Below are positions 9,176 through 19,340 of a stretch of 40,596 nt of DNA, piece by piece. A program made the translations under genes and the position numbers. The stretch is taken from the sequence record SRR31156797_6183. One strand, written 5' to 3'. Position 1 is the first letter of the stretch. Each line of letters starts with the position of its first letter. Under the pieces are notes generated by a model. The model did no database searches, was not told the origin of the DNA, and was given only the letters and a program-made list of their open reading frames with translations.

Positions 9176-10561
9176 TTACAATAGTCTTTCCAAACCACTT
9201 GTATCATATGCCTTGCCAGCTTTTTTATCAGCTAGTGCCTTTTGAAGCTTTTGATATTTCTCCTTGGTAACAGGATACAGTATCATAAACAGTACAGCTA
9301 GAGCCATAACAATAGGGCAGAATATAGTTATTATATTTTCTATTCCCATTACAGCGGAATTGCTCTGAACTGCAGCTTCTGAATTGTAGCCGCTTAATGA
9401 CAGTACAAGTCCCAGCGTCTGCATACCGATGGCTGCGCCCAGCTTCTGCAGCAATTGAGGCAGTGATGTGATTGCCCCAACTCTCTTTTTGGAATTAACC
9501 ATTTCATCTATTTCTGATATATCATATGTGAAGGAATAGAATGTTGTCCAGAAAACTGCCAGACCGATGGAGTAGAATAACAGCATTGCAACCAGAGTAA
9601 ATACATTGGTAATTCCAATAAATCTGAAGGCAAACATACCTAGTGTTGCTACGGACAGCAGGAGAATTACAGCGAATTTCCTATCTCTCTTTGTAGCAAT
9701 CCATGTAGTTAACGGAACGAAAATAACCATACCGCCAACGATTGTCCCTAGAGCTATAGGCATATATGAATCAGCGTCTACCTGCATCCTGTACTGAAGC
9801 AAGTACATTAAGTCAGCTTGTGCCAGAGATGACTGGAGCATAAAAAGAACTACAAATATCAGAAGATACTTAAATGGTTTTATCTTCATTATCTGCATAT
9901 ATGTACTGAATATTTTCTGGTTTTCATCTGTCTTAATTTTTACTAATTGTATTTTCTTTGTGGAGATATAGGCAATATATCCAAAGACAATAGCAATCAA
10001 AGCAACTACAATTGCTGAAAATGTCCAGCTGGTAGAGGTGGTGAAATCCATATTTTCAAATACTCCTACCAATACCACAGGTGCAGCACTTCCTACGAAT
10101 ATAGCAAAGGCATTGATTAATGAGCTGGTTCCACGTATTTTGGTTCTTTCATCATAATCTGATGTAAGCTCTGCACATAAAGCATAATAGGGGATGGTGT
10201 ATACTGTATATGCTACCCAGAACACAACTGCTATTGCGATAAAATATACTACTGAGGCACTTGGACTTAAGTTAAACTTAGTAAAAGCAAATACAAATAG
10301 TACAGACATTGGTATAACTGCTGACTTCATCAGTATTCTTTTGTCCTTGCCTTTTCTGTCTGCCATATGTCCAATTACAGGGTCTGTTATGCCGTCAACA
10401 GCTATGGAAATCATACTGATAGTTCCTGCAATAGCAGGATTGATGCCTGCAATGTTCGTTAGGAAAAATAAGAAGTAAGTATAAAACATGTTATACAGTA
10501 CTGATTCGGAGATTATGCCCGATGCATAACCAATGGTTCTCTTCTTTGTTAATGTGCTCAT
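9176..10561 (-). CDS. MFS transporter, glycoside-pentoside-hexuronide (MelB-like) cation symporter
   Basis: DGITDPVIG, IPYYALCAELTSDYDERT motifs; ~12 TM. Confidence 0.9.
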   Translation of the reverse strand: MSTLTKKRTIGYASGIISESVLYNMFYTYFLFFLTNIAGINPAIAGTISMISIAVDGITDPVIGHMADRKGKDKRILMKSAVIPMSVLFVFAFTKFNLSPSASVVYFIAIAVVFWVAYTVYTIPYYALCAELTSDYDERTKIRGTSSLINAFAIFVGSAAPVVLVGVFENMDFTTSTSWTFSAIVVALIAIVFGYIAYISTKKIQLVKIKTDENQKIFSTYMQIMKIKPFKYLLIFVVLFMLQSSLAQADLMYLLQYRMQVDADSYMPIALGTIVGGMVIFVPLTTWIATKRDRKFAVILLLSVATLGMFAFRFIGITNVFTLVAMLLFYSIGLAVFWTTFYSFTYDISEIDEMVNSKKRVGAITSLPQLLQKLGAAIGMQTLGLVLSLSGYNSEAAVQSNSAVMGIENIITIFCPIVMALAVLFMILYPVTKEKYQKLQKALADKKAGKAYDTSGLERLL

Positions 10562-10630
10562 CTTCTACCTCCAACTTTAGACAAATTATAGCAAATAATA
10601 TTATTTGGGTAAATCATTTTGACATATTTT

Positions 10631-12226
10631 CTATGCGTTTAGTAAATTAAATGACTTTTTATTATTGTAATAAAGAGCTTTAAATATCTTGAACTCTCTT
10701 TTGTAGATTTTTTTGTTCTTTTTATTAGGTGAATAAGTTTTCTGTACTTCAATCAGCTCATTGGCATCCTCGAGACTGTCAATAATTCCCAGACCGACAG
10801 AAGCCAGTATGGCAGCGCCCATTGCTCCTGCACTCTGTGGATTGCTGATTACTTCAACCTTTTTATTCAGAATATCAGACAGTATTTGGCATGTCATTGG
10901 AGCTAATGCTCCTCCGCCAACGAAGCGAATGGTTTTGCCTATATCCACCTTCTTTTTGCTGCACTCCATCTGCCAGCGCAAGTGATAGCATACTCCCTCG
11001 ATTACAGCGTGAATCAGCTCTACCTTTTTTGTATCAATACCAACGTTAAAGAACATGCCTCTGGCAGAAGTATCCTCAAATGGGCATCTGTTGCCGTGAA
11101 GCCAAGGGGTAAAGATGACATCGTTGCTGCCTGCTGGGACATTCTCTATGGATTTCATCATATAGTCATATAAATCAATTGCAATTTCTTCGTAATCGCC
11201 GTTTGCCTTAATTTCTTCCAGTCTGTCTACTGTCTCCTCATATGCTAAGTGTTCCTTCACCCACTCAATGCATTTGCCTGCAGTTTCAAGTTCAGCAAAG
11301 TAATTGTAGGTATCACTGTTTGCACCGACTATACCTGCTATTTTGCAGGATACATCCAGCATTGGTTTGTCAATTACGGTGGAAACCCAGCCTGATGTTC
11401 CCATATATACGTGGGTATCTTTTACCTTGGTTGAACCAGCACCGATACCGATTAATGAAGCATCTCCGCCTCCGCCAAATACTAATGTGTCAGTATTTAG
11501 CCCCAGTTCCTTTGCGGCTTTTTCTGTAATCGTGCCAGCTACAGATGTGCTCTTTATAATCTTTGGCAGATGATTTATATCAACCCCCAGCATCTTGCAT
11601 ATGTTTTTGCTGAATTGTCTTTTTCCTTTTCTTATGTCAAAGAGCATAGTAGCATAGGCACTGTCCTCTGTCATTACGAATTCACCACATGATTTGGAGA
11701 TCAGATAATCCTTTACATCCAACCATTTGTAAACCTTACTAAATACTTCTGGCTCATTTTCTTTTACCCAATTATATTTCCACACAGGATCCTTTGAGCT
11801 GCTTGCTACCACTCCGGTTATTATTACGCTTTTTATCAGCTTGCCGATATTTATTCCATCGAACTTTATTCCTCTGGATAATGCCTTGGTCATCTGCTCC
11901 TTTGCCCTGTTGTCAAGATAGCTCATGGCATTGCGGACAGGCTCGCCGTCAGTATCTACCAGTACCAACCCCTGCATCTGTGCACAGAACGAGATGCCCT
12001 CTACATTGACTTTGTCAACTTTGCTTTGCGATAATACATTCTTGGTAGTTACGCACATTGCATCCCACCAGTCGTTTGGGTTCTGCTCTGCTCCGCCGTT
12101 ATCCACTAGAGTAAGTGAATACCCCTGACTGTCGCTTTCTATTAATTGAATCTTTGACCCTAATTTAAATAAGCAAGTCTTTAGTGATGTTGTGCCAATA
12201 TCATACGTAATTACGTATCTATCCAT
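10631..12226 (-). CDS. FGGY family carbohydrate kinase (xylulokinase-like)
   Basis: YDIGTTSLK, GGGD, GTSGW, PWLHGNRCP, AVIEGV, VGGGA. Confidence 0.9.
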   Translation of the reverse strand: MDRYVITYDIGTTSLKTCLFKLGSKIQLIESDSQGYSLTLVDNGGAEQNPNDWWDAMCVTTKNVLSQSKVDKVNVEGISFCAQMQGLVLVDTDGEPVRNAMSYLDNRAKEQMTKALSRGIKFDGINIGKLIKSVIITGVVASSSKDPVWKYNWVKENEPEVFSKVYKWLDVKDYLISKSCGEFVMTEDSAYATMLFDIRKGKRQFSKNICKMLGVDINHLPKIIKSTSVAGTITEKAAKELGLNTDTLVFGGGGDASLIGIGAGSTKVKDTHVYMGTSGWVSTVIDKPMLDVSCKIAGIVGANSDTYNYFAELETAGKCIEWVKEHLAYEETVDRLEEIKANGDYEEIAIDLYDYMMKSIENVPAGSNDVIFTPWLHGNRCPFEDTSARGMFFNVGIDTKKVELIHAVIEGVCYHLRWQMECSKKKVDIGKTIRFVGGGALAPMTCQILSDILNKKVEVISNPQSAGAMGAAILASVGLGIIDSLEDANELIEVQKTYSPNKKNKKIYKREFKIFKALYYNNKKSFNLLNA

Positions 12227-12301
12227 ACTTCAGTCCTTCCTTCTAATTACAAAAGGGCAGAATTTATATCTGCCCGTAATCTTATCCTTTATTTATATCT
12301 G

Positions 12302-13351
12302 CTATTTATTGATTTGTTTTGAATATTTCATTTTGTAAATGAAATTCATTAATCTGCACTCAAGAGAATTTATTGGTTTTACTTTCCCGTGTAAACTGGC
12401 ACCTAGGAAAGCTTTACAATTCTTTTCTACTATCATACTGACAGCCTTTGCGTCATCTTCTGCAGCTCCAGTACATATAGCTCCATACCCTTTGACCAAA
12501 ACAGCATTTGCCTTTTTTAATGCTATCTCAATATTCTTTTGAGTATTTTCTACTGTCTGCATCTTTACTCCGACAATCTGGGCGAAATCATCCACCATTG
12601 GATATATATTCTTGTCTGAGTAGGATACAGCAACAGTCTCTATAGATTTATTTACTATGATGTTTTCACTATTTATTGCTGTAGTAAATTCCTTTGCTTC
12701 TAGGGATTTAGCTCCTTTGCTGTATTCCCCAAGGATATACTTAGCGTATGATATATCATCTGCTGCACTATTTCCTGATGTCTGTATAAACTTTTTTTCT
12801 ATATACTCTTTACATGCATCTTCCAGCTGATTGGCTGCATTAAAGGTATCTTCAAAATCATTACCGAAGCAGAGAGCTCCATGATTTTTTAGTATTATAC
12901 AGCTTCCGTTAGTTTTGGTAAGTGCCTCAGATACATTTGCTGTAAGTTTCTTTGTGCTTGGCAGTCCATATGCACCGCAGATTACTTTCTCATCCAGAAG
13001 AGAATAACATTCATTTACTTGAATATAATCCACATTACATGCACTTATAATGGATGCGTTCTCCTGATGCGTGTGAATTACGAAGTTTACATCCTTTTGC
13101 CTGTAGCAGGCTGCATGAACTCCCTTCTCCGAGGATGGTTTCACATCGCCTTCATACTCTAGAGTGTTTATGTTTACCAGTACAATATCGTCTCTGGTCA
13201 GCGATTGATAGTCCTTGCCGCTAGGGGTTATAACCATATTCTCGTCATCAATTCTCTGGCTCACATTTCCCCATGTTCTTGCGATTAATCCCCTAGCAAC
13301 CAGTTCCTTACCTGCATGAATTACTATATCTTTTGCTTGATTTATATCCAT
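12302..13351 (-). CDS. Class II aldolase/adducin family protein with degenerate second domain
   Basis: GNVS, ITPSG, PSSE, HTH and NHG Zn ligands; extra C-terminal ~150 aa resembling a second aldolase half. Confidence 0.88.
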   Translation of the reverse strand: MDINQAKDIVIHAGKELVARGLIARTWGNVSQRIDDENMVITPSGKDYQSLTRDDIVLVNINTLEYEGDVKPSSEKGVHAACYRQKDVNFVIHTHQENASIISACNVDYIQVNECYSLLDEKVICGAYGLPSTKKLTANVSEALTKTNGSCIILKNHGALCFGNDFEDTFNAANQLEDACKEYIEKKFIQTSGNSAADDISYAKYILGEYSKGAKSLEAKEFTTAINSENIIVNKSIETVAVSYSDKNIYPMVDDFAQIVGVKMQTVENTQKNIEIALKKANAVLVKGYGAICTGAAEDDAKAVSMIVEKNCKAFLGASLHGKVKPINSLECRLMNFIYKMKYSKQINK

Positions 13352-13361
13352 AATTTCCTCC

Positions 13362-14840
13362 TTAGTCTTCGTGAGGAACTACGTTTGCGAATACTCTCTC
13401 AAATCTTGCCAAAATGTCGTCCAGCATATCATCAGTATATGCGGCGGAGGTATACAGTCTGCTGCCAGCCAGAGTGACAATGCCCTCTGCCATGTACGCA
13501 GCACCCATATGCTCCATATACTTTTTGCGTCTTGTTGCTTCCTTTATTGTAGCTGGTATAGTCCATGGCTTTTTCCAGTTTATAGAGAAGTGAACTGTTG
13601 CAACTGTTTCCAAGTGACAGATAGAGCCTTGATTAAATGCAACGAATGGCAAGTCGTATTTCTTGATTAAATCCTGCAGTCCAGCTGTTAGTTTATCAGC
13701 AAATAATCCAGCCTTTTGGGCAGCGTTTGTTTCCTCTATCTGACAGATAGTGTGATAACCGCCTACACAGCTCAGTGGGTTTGCTGCCATTGTACCGCCG
13801 ACTAATGCTTTCTTGTGCTTTGGACCGCCGGCAATACCTGCAGCCAAGAACTTCATATATTCCTTTTTGCCGCCTAAACCGCCAGCACTAGGATATCCAC
13901 CTGCAACAGCTTTACCGAATACTGTTAAATCTGGTGATACATCAAAGTAACCCTGAGCTCCGCCCATTCCAAGTCTGAATGCAGTAACAACCTCGTCAAA
14001 TATCAATAATGCACCGTACTTCCTGCATAGCTTCTCTACACCTTTGCAGAAATCCTTGTCAACTGGTCTTGTTCCGCTCTCAGGACCTACTGGTTCAATG
14101 ATAACGCCTGCTGTACCGCCTCTTAATTTATTGCGTTTTAGCTTTTTCTCCAAATCCTTCAAATCATTTGGAAAGAATTCCTGTGTATGCTTAAATACGA
14201 ACTTTGGAACGCCGTGAGCCTGCATATGTTTTGTTCCTGGGATTCTGATGCCGTATGCTAATTGATCTGACCAACCGTGATATGCACCGCCCATTTTGAT
14301 AATGTTTTTCTTCTTCGTTGCCAATCTAGCAACACGAATTGCGGCCATACAGCCCTCTGTACCTGAACCTAACATACGGAACATATCTACAAACTTCATG
14401 CTTTCGGTTATCTTCTTGGCTAATTTATATTCATATTCATGGAAAAGTCCTGTTGAGGGGCCGCAGAAATCAATTAGCTCCATAGTCTTTTCTTTGACTT
14501 CTTTTGGATTGCTTCCTAAGATAGTTGGACCGCCAGCCTGCAGGAAGTCATAATATTTATTACCGTCTATATCGTACAAAAATGCACCCTCTGCCTTTTC
14601 TATAACTAGTGGGAAAGGATGGTTAAATGCCAGATTATGCTGAACGCCGCCAGGAATATAGTTAAAAGCTTCAGAAACCATTTCCTTTGACTTTGTACAT
14701 TTCTTCTCGAAATAATTCTCTTCATAATCTTTTAGCTTCTCTTCGCTAATAGAGTAAATGGGTTTTTGAATAAGTTCGTCTAATTCCTTGGTGATTTTTT
14801 CAGCATCAGGATAATTGCTAATTGAGTAATTTCCAGACAT
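13362..14840 (-). CDS. Class III PLP aminotransferase (GSA-aminomutase-like subfamily)
   Basis: SGTE, YHGWSD, IFDEVVTAFR, FGKAVAGG (PLP Lys); start moved to ATG 14840 with AGGAG RBS. Confidence 0.88.
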   Translation of the reverse strand: MSGNYSISNYPDAEKITKELDELIQKPIYSISEEKLKDYEENYFEKKCTKSKEMVSEAFNYIPGGVQHNLAFNHPFPLVIEKAEGAFLYDIDGNKYYDFLQAGGPTILGSNPKEVKEKTMELIDFCGPSTGLFHEYEYKLAKKITESMKFVDMFRMLGSGTEGCMAAIRVARLATKKKNIIKMGGAYHGWSDQLAYGIRIPGTKHMQAHGVPKFVFKHTQEFFPNDLKDLEKKLKRNKLRGGTAGVIIEPVGPESGTRPVDKDFCKGVEKLCRKYGALLIFDEVVTAFRLGMGGAQGYFDVSPDLTVFGKAVAGGYPSAGGLGGKKEYMKFLAAGIAGGPKHKKALVGGTMAANPLSCVGGYHTICQIEETNAAQKAGLFADKLTAGLQDLIKKYDLPFVAFNQGSICHLETVATVHFSINWKKPWTIPATIKEATRRKKYMEHMGAAYMAEGIVTLAGSRLYTSAAYTDDMLDDILARFERVFANVVPHED

Positions 14841-14875
14841 GATAACTCTCCTTTTTGATATAAAATATTGCATAA

Positions 14876-14931
14876 AGTGAGTACTCACTCACCTCAATTA
14901 CAATTTTATACCATTACTTGTATTTTTGCAA
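14876..14931 (-). promoter_or_regulatory. Operon promoter and palindromic operator
   Basis: TTGCAA (14931-14926) - 17 - TAAAAT (14908-14903); perfect 14-bp palindrome AGTGAGTACTCACT at 14876-14889. Confidence 0.7.
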
Positions 14932-15040
14932 GATATAATATGAAATCCTGCAGAAAATATTATACATATTGCTAAACTTTCTTTTTAGTTATACTCAAAG
15001 TATGTTAAAATGTGGGGTATAATAATTTAGGAGACAAAAT

Positions 15041-15706
15041 ATGCTTTTTAAATCTTGTAAAGATACATTTAACCGAATAGATAATGAGAAAAAGCTGAAT
15101 ATACTTTCCACTGCCGTTAGCGAGTTCTCCAGCAATGGTTTCAACAGCACTAATATCAATATTATTGCCGATAAATCAAATGTCAGTGTAGGCTCAATGT
15201 ATAAATATTTTGACAATAAGAGAACACTGTACTTAACTTGCGTGGAATGGGCAATGCTTCATCTGAATAAAAAAATCAGTGAAGTATTAGAAAAAGATGA
15301 TGAAGTGGTGACTATGTTTTGGGACATAATACGAATAATACAAAAGTATAAAAAGGAAAATGAAGCCTTCACCAAACTATATTATGAAATGGCTACAGAG
15401 AGCAATGCAGAATATGCTATGATTATTTCCAGTCAAATAGAGGGAATAACTTCTGATATTTATGCTAAATATATTGAGCAGGCAAAGAAGGATAAAATGA
15501 TACGGCAGGATATTGACCCTAGGTATTTTGCATTCTTTATAGATAATCTTTTGATGATTTTGCAGTTCTCCTATAGCTGTGAGTATTACAAGGACAGAAT
15601 GAAAATCTACACCTATGATGATGTATTTGAAAATGATGATAAACTGCTGGAGCAGATGATGCTCTTTGTAAAGGGGGCTTTGTTCTACACTGCTCCTAGC
15701 CAATAG
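15041..15706 (+). CDS. TetR/AcrR family regulator, divergent from the operon
   Basis: NINIIADKSNVSVGSMYKYFDNK HTH. Confidence 0.92.
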   Translation: MLFKSCKDTFNRIDNEKKLNILSTAVSEFSSNGFNSTNINIIADKSNVSVGSMYKYFDNKRTLYLTCVEWAMLHLNKKISEVLEKDDEVVTMFWDIIRIIQKYKKENEAFTKLYYEMATESNAEYAMIISSQIEGITSDIYAKYIEQAKKDKMIRQDIDPRYFAFFIDNLLMILQFSYSCEYYKDRMKIYTYDDVFENDDKLLEQMMLFVKGALFYTAPSQ

Positions 15707-15770
15707 CATCTGGTAGACTATCTGCCCTCGTGTAATATCTAATATCCTAGACTTGTATCAATCCTGTATT

Positions 15771-15890
15771 GCCCTAGCCCTAGCTGACAAAATGGGTGTC
15801 CAGTGTACCTCATTGTCCCGTGAGCTAAAAAAGATGCAGGACGACGGGCTTATTCTCGTAGATAGGGATAATATTACTTTGATTACGTAG
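15771..15890 (+). pseudogene. Crp/Fnr family regulator, C-terminal HTH remnant
   Basis: Hand translation ALADKMGVQCTSLSRELKKMQDDGLILVDRDNITLIT* matches the Crp HTH (GVxRxSLSREL..M...GLI); not in the ORF track. Confidence 0.65.
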
Positions 15891-16108
15891 CTTGGTGATA
15901 TGTTAATATTCAAATTATCACTGTACTTATATTGATTTTGGGATATTACATCAATTCATTTTTAACACACATAAATATTACATATAAACTGCGAAAATGT
16001 TACACAATGTAACGTTTGTGTTGCAAGATATGCAAAAATGGTATAATATGTATATGAACTTAAAGTCGATTTACCAGAATTATAATTTACAGATGAAAGA
16101 AGGCATTG

Positions 16109-17794
16109 ATGAAGAAGATATTAATATACGTATTTGCAATAATGTCAGTGATGATTATATCAGGCTGCACTAAAGAGTCAACAAAAATCATAGACGAGGA
16201 ACTACAGAATCCAACAGATGAGAAAGAAACAGTGACTATTGATGAAACTGTGCTGATAGATACTGATGAATACGTTGTACGGGCAATAGATATAGTTAAT
16301 GATGAATCATTAGGATTGGGAGTAAGAATACAAGCAGATAATTATTCTGATAATCATATTACAATAAATAGCTATATCGGTGCTGTAAATAATATAACTT
16401 TAGATACAAATCTAACTATGGAAGTAGGTGCAGGTGACAGAAGTGAGGAAATATTGTACTTCGAGATGTCTGAATATGAGAAGAGCAATATCGACCATAT
16501 AGCAAAAATAGAGGTGAAATTAATTATAATTGATAAATTATCGTATGATGTTTTATATAATACAGGACTAGTAAGTATAAACACATCAGAGTATGAATCA
16601 TTTACAGAATATGCAGAACCTAAGGGTACTGATTTATATAGTTTAGATGGTATAAATATTGCCTATATTGTGCCAGAATACAGTGAGGAGTCAGCACAGC
16701 AAATACCAATATATATACGCAATGATACGGACAGTGAAGTTTTTATGCTCATAAAAATAGCTTTTAATGGATACGAAATTGATACAGTATCCCCCATTCA
16801 TATACTTAAAGGCAGAGTAAGATATTATGATTTGTATAAAGATATTGATGATTTTAGTAAGAGTATTATTGGCATAGTAGATGAAATAGAAATTAGTTTA
16901 TTCTATATTAATATGTATAATGATAACAGTACTAAAAATTCTGATATTGAAATGAATGAAACTTTCAGAATATCAGCAGATGGTAAGCTGCTGGAAAGCA
17001 GTAAATATTTCGTTGATGCCAGTAAAGACCCAGAGGGAATAGACGGAGAGATACTCTATAACAGTGAAGGTATTCGTATCTATTATCTAGGTCTTGAGGA
17101 GGATAGTGAAGGTATAAATGTGCGATTATATGCAGACAATTGCAGTAGTAATAGAGTAATAATTGATGGAAATAATATTGTGGTGAATGACTACATAATG
17201 AATACTTGTACGTTCATTGAAATTGGTTCTGATAAGAAAGCATACTGGGACATATTGCTGAAAGATGAGGACTTGAATAAAGCGTGTATACAAACCATAG
17301 AGGAAATATTTATTGATACAAAATTTTCTATATTTGAAGATGGAGATTATGGGGAATACGAAGATGAAATCCTAATTATAAATACAGGTAATAAGGCCAT
17401 TAAGCGAGAAGAAACAGATGGTCAGCTTATTATGGATACTAAAGGCATAAAAATGCGCTATTTAGGTGTTGAAGAGGATATTGAAGATGGTTATTACAAT
17501 GGACTAAGTATGTATATAGAGAACACAAGCGACCAAGATATTAATATCAGAATAGAAGATATTAAACTAAATAATAAGCAAATACCAGTAAGTTTTGAAG
17601 GTAGAGTATTATCAGGTAAAAAGAAGTATACTTATATGATGTTTGACAAATGGGATATGGAAGTTAACAGTATAGAGACTATAGAGAAGGTTGAGTTTAC
17701 TGTAGCTGTATATGGTGATGAAATGGAAATAATAACGAGAATTGACAGTATACTTATCGAGCCACAGGCTATACCAGCTATTGAAATAGAATAG
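16109..17794 (+). CDS. Acidic lipoprotein with four repeated beta-rich domains
   Basis: Signal peptide with lipobox ISGC; repeated LY/LI-x3-GIxI...IxNxSD units every ~125-145 aa. Confidence 0.75.
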   Translation: MKKILIYVFAIMSVMIISGCTKESTKIIDEELQNPTDEKETVTIDETVLIDTDEYVVRAIDIVNDESLGLGVRIQADNYSDNHITINSYIGAVNNITLDTNLTMEVGAGDRSEEILYFEMSEYEKSNIDHIAKIEVKLIIIDKLSYDVLYNTGLVSINTSEYESFTEYAEPKGTDLYSLDGINIAYIVPEYSEESAQQIPIYIRNDTDSEVFMLIKIAFNGYEIDTVSPIHILKGRVRYYDLYKDIDDFSKSIIGIVDEIEISLFYINMYNDNSTKNSDIEMNETFRISADGKLLESSKYFVDASKDPEGIDGEILYNSEGIRIYYLGLEEDSEGINVRLYADNCSSNRVIIDGNNIVVNDYIMNTCTFIEIGSDKKAYWDILLKDEDLNKACIQTIEEIFIDTKFSIFEDGDYGEYEDEILIINTGNKAIKREETDGQLIMDTKGIKMRYLGVEEDIEDGYYNGLSMYIENTSDQDINIRIEDIKLNNKQIPVSFEGRVLSGKKKYTYMMFDKWDMEVNSIETIEKVEFTVAVYGDEMEIITRIDSILIEPQAIPAIEIE

Positions 17795-17801
17795 ATATTA
17801 T

Positions 17802-17838
17802 AAACCTGCCAGATGATTATTTATCTGGTGGGTTTTTT
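17802..17838 (+). terminator. Rho-independent terminator
   Basis: AAACCTGCCAGAT/ATCTGGTGGGTTT stem plus T-run. Confidence 0.7.
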
Positions 17839-17994
17839 ACATTTAATTGTGAAAGTTTTCTGAATTGATACATTCACCTTTGTGAACAAAATTATTAATG
17901 AGTTTAAATAAACAATACAAATATCTGATATCTCTGCATTACCATTTCTATTAGTTATTCATATTATATAAGATAAGTATTGGAGGGTAATCAA

Positions 17995-19260
17995 ATGAGT
18001 ACATATAGCAGTAACTATTTAGGTAACACATTACGAGAGCTGGTGGAGGACGTATCCACAATAATACCTACTGACAACGGCACACTAGACAGTATATACT
18101 TTGATAATGCAGGTACTACGCCGGCATTTAATGTAGTGGTTCAGGAGCTGGAGAAGTACAGACCGTGGTACAAATACTTATCAAATAAGTCGCCAAAGGC
18201 AAAGATATTGTCAGATTTATATAAGCAGGGCAGAGTCAGCATAATGAACTTCGTAAATGCTGATTTACATAAGGATACAGTTGTCTATACAAAAAATACA
18301 ACAGAAGCCATAAATGTACTGAGCAATGTATTATGCCCTAGTATACAGGGCTGTGAAGATAAGCCAGTGATAATTACATCATACATGGAGCATTTATCCA
18401 ACTATCTCCCATGGAAATACCGATGTCAGTCTGTGCTGGTTGATGTAATGCCTGACGGTAGGCTGGACATGGCAGACTTGGAAAGTAAGCTGATAGAGTA
18501 TCAAGGCAGAGTGAAACTGGTAGCCATAACCGGTGCTAGCAATGTAACAGGATATGTAAATCCTATCTACAAGATTGCAAGGCTCTCTCACAAGTATGGT
18601 GCACAGGTTTTGATAGATTCAGCTCAATTAATCCAGCATCGCACTATAAATATGAATCCTCCAAATGCCAGCGAACGCATTGACTATATTGCATTCAGCG
18701 CACATAAAACATATGCTCCATTTTTTACCGGTGCATTAGTTGGGGATAAAAATGTACTTGATAAGGGGTATCCGCTGTGCTTTGGTGCAGGAATTACCAA
18801 GGTAGCAAACGACAGGGATGTGATACTAAAGGATAGCCCTACACGCTATGAGGCAGGCTCAAATAATATCTTAGGGGTGATAGCACTGTCTGTGGCTATC
18901 CAAACTATTATCCGAATAAGCATGAGCGAAATTATAGAGCACGAATCATACTTGCTCTCATACGCCATAAAAGCATTGAAAGAGAACCCTAAAATAATCC
19001 TATACGGAGATTCAGAGCATCTAGATGATAGGATACCAATAGTATCATTTAATGTAAAGGGGAAAAACGACGAAGAGGTTGCGAAATATTTATACAATGA
19101 ATATGGCATTATTGTACAGCATGGCTACTGCGGCGCAAACTTATATGTACAGAAATTGACCCAAGGCAGTCCCTATAATGGTGTTGTAAGGATTAGTATG
19201 GCACTGTACAATCAGGACTATGAGCTGGATAGATTTATAAAGGCATTGGATGCAATATAA
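17995..19260 (+). CDS. Class V PLP aminotransferase / SufS-like cysteine desulfurase
   Basis: YFDNAGTT, NTTEAIN, MEHLSN, DSAQ, FSAHK, YEAGS; ATG 17995 follows GGAGGG. Confidence 0.85.
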   Translation: MSTYSSNYLGNTLRELVEDVSTIIPTDNGTLDSIYFDNAGTTPAFNVVVQELEKYRPWYKYLSNKSPKAKILSDLYKQGRVSIMNFVNADLHKDTVVYTKNTTEAINVLSNVLCPSIQGCEDKPVIITSYMEHLSNYLPWKYRCQSVLVDVMPDGRLDMADLESKLIEYQGRVKLVAITGASNVTGYVNPIYKIARLSHKYGAQVLIDSAQLIQHRTINMNPPNASERIDYIAFSAHKTYAPFFTGALVGDKNVLDKGYPLCFGAGITKVANDRDVILKDSPTRYEAGSNNILGVIALSVAIQTIIRISMSEIIEHESYLLSYAIKALKENPKIILYGDSEHLDDRIPIVSFNVKGKNDEEVAKYLYNEYGIIVQHGYCGANLYVQKLTQGSPYNGVVRISMALYNQDYELDRFIKALDAI

Positions 19261-19340
19261 TTATACTTTTCTTGTCATTTGCATTAGAGTATCATTACTT
19301 AAATATCTGTTGTCTTTGTGAATTTCTCCTTTTTGCACTG

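Noticed and set aside
12255-12275. Terminator splitting the aminotransferase operon
   Set aside because: The GGGCAGA/TCTGCCC hairpin has only a short U-tail and no downstream promoter was evident; more likely an attenuating or stabilising stem
13362-14840. Calling the gene hemL
   Set aside because: No tetrapyrrole context, extended N-terminus, embedded in a catabolic operon
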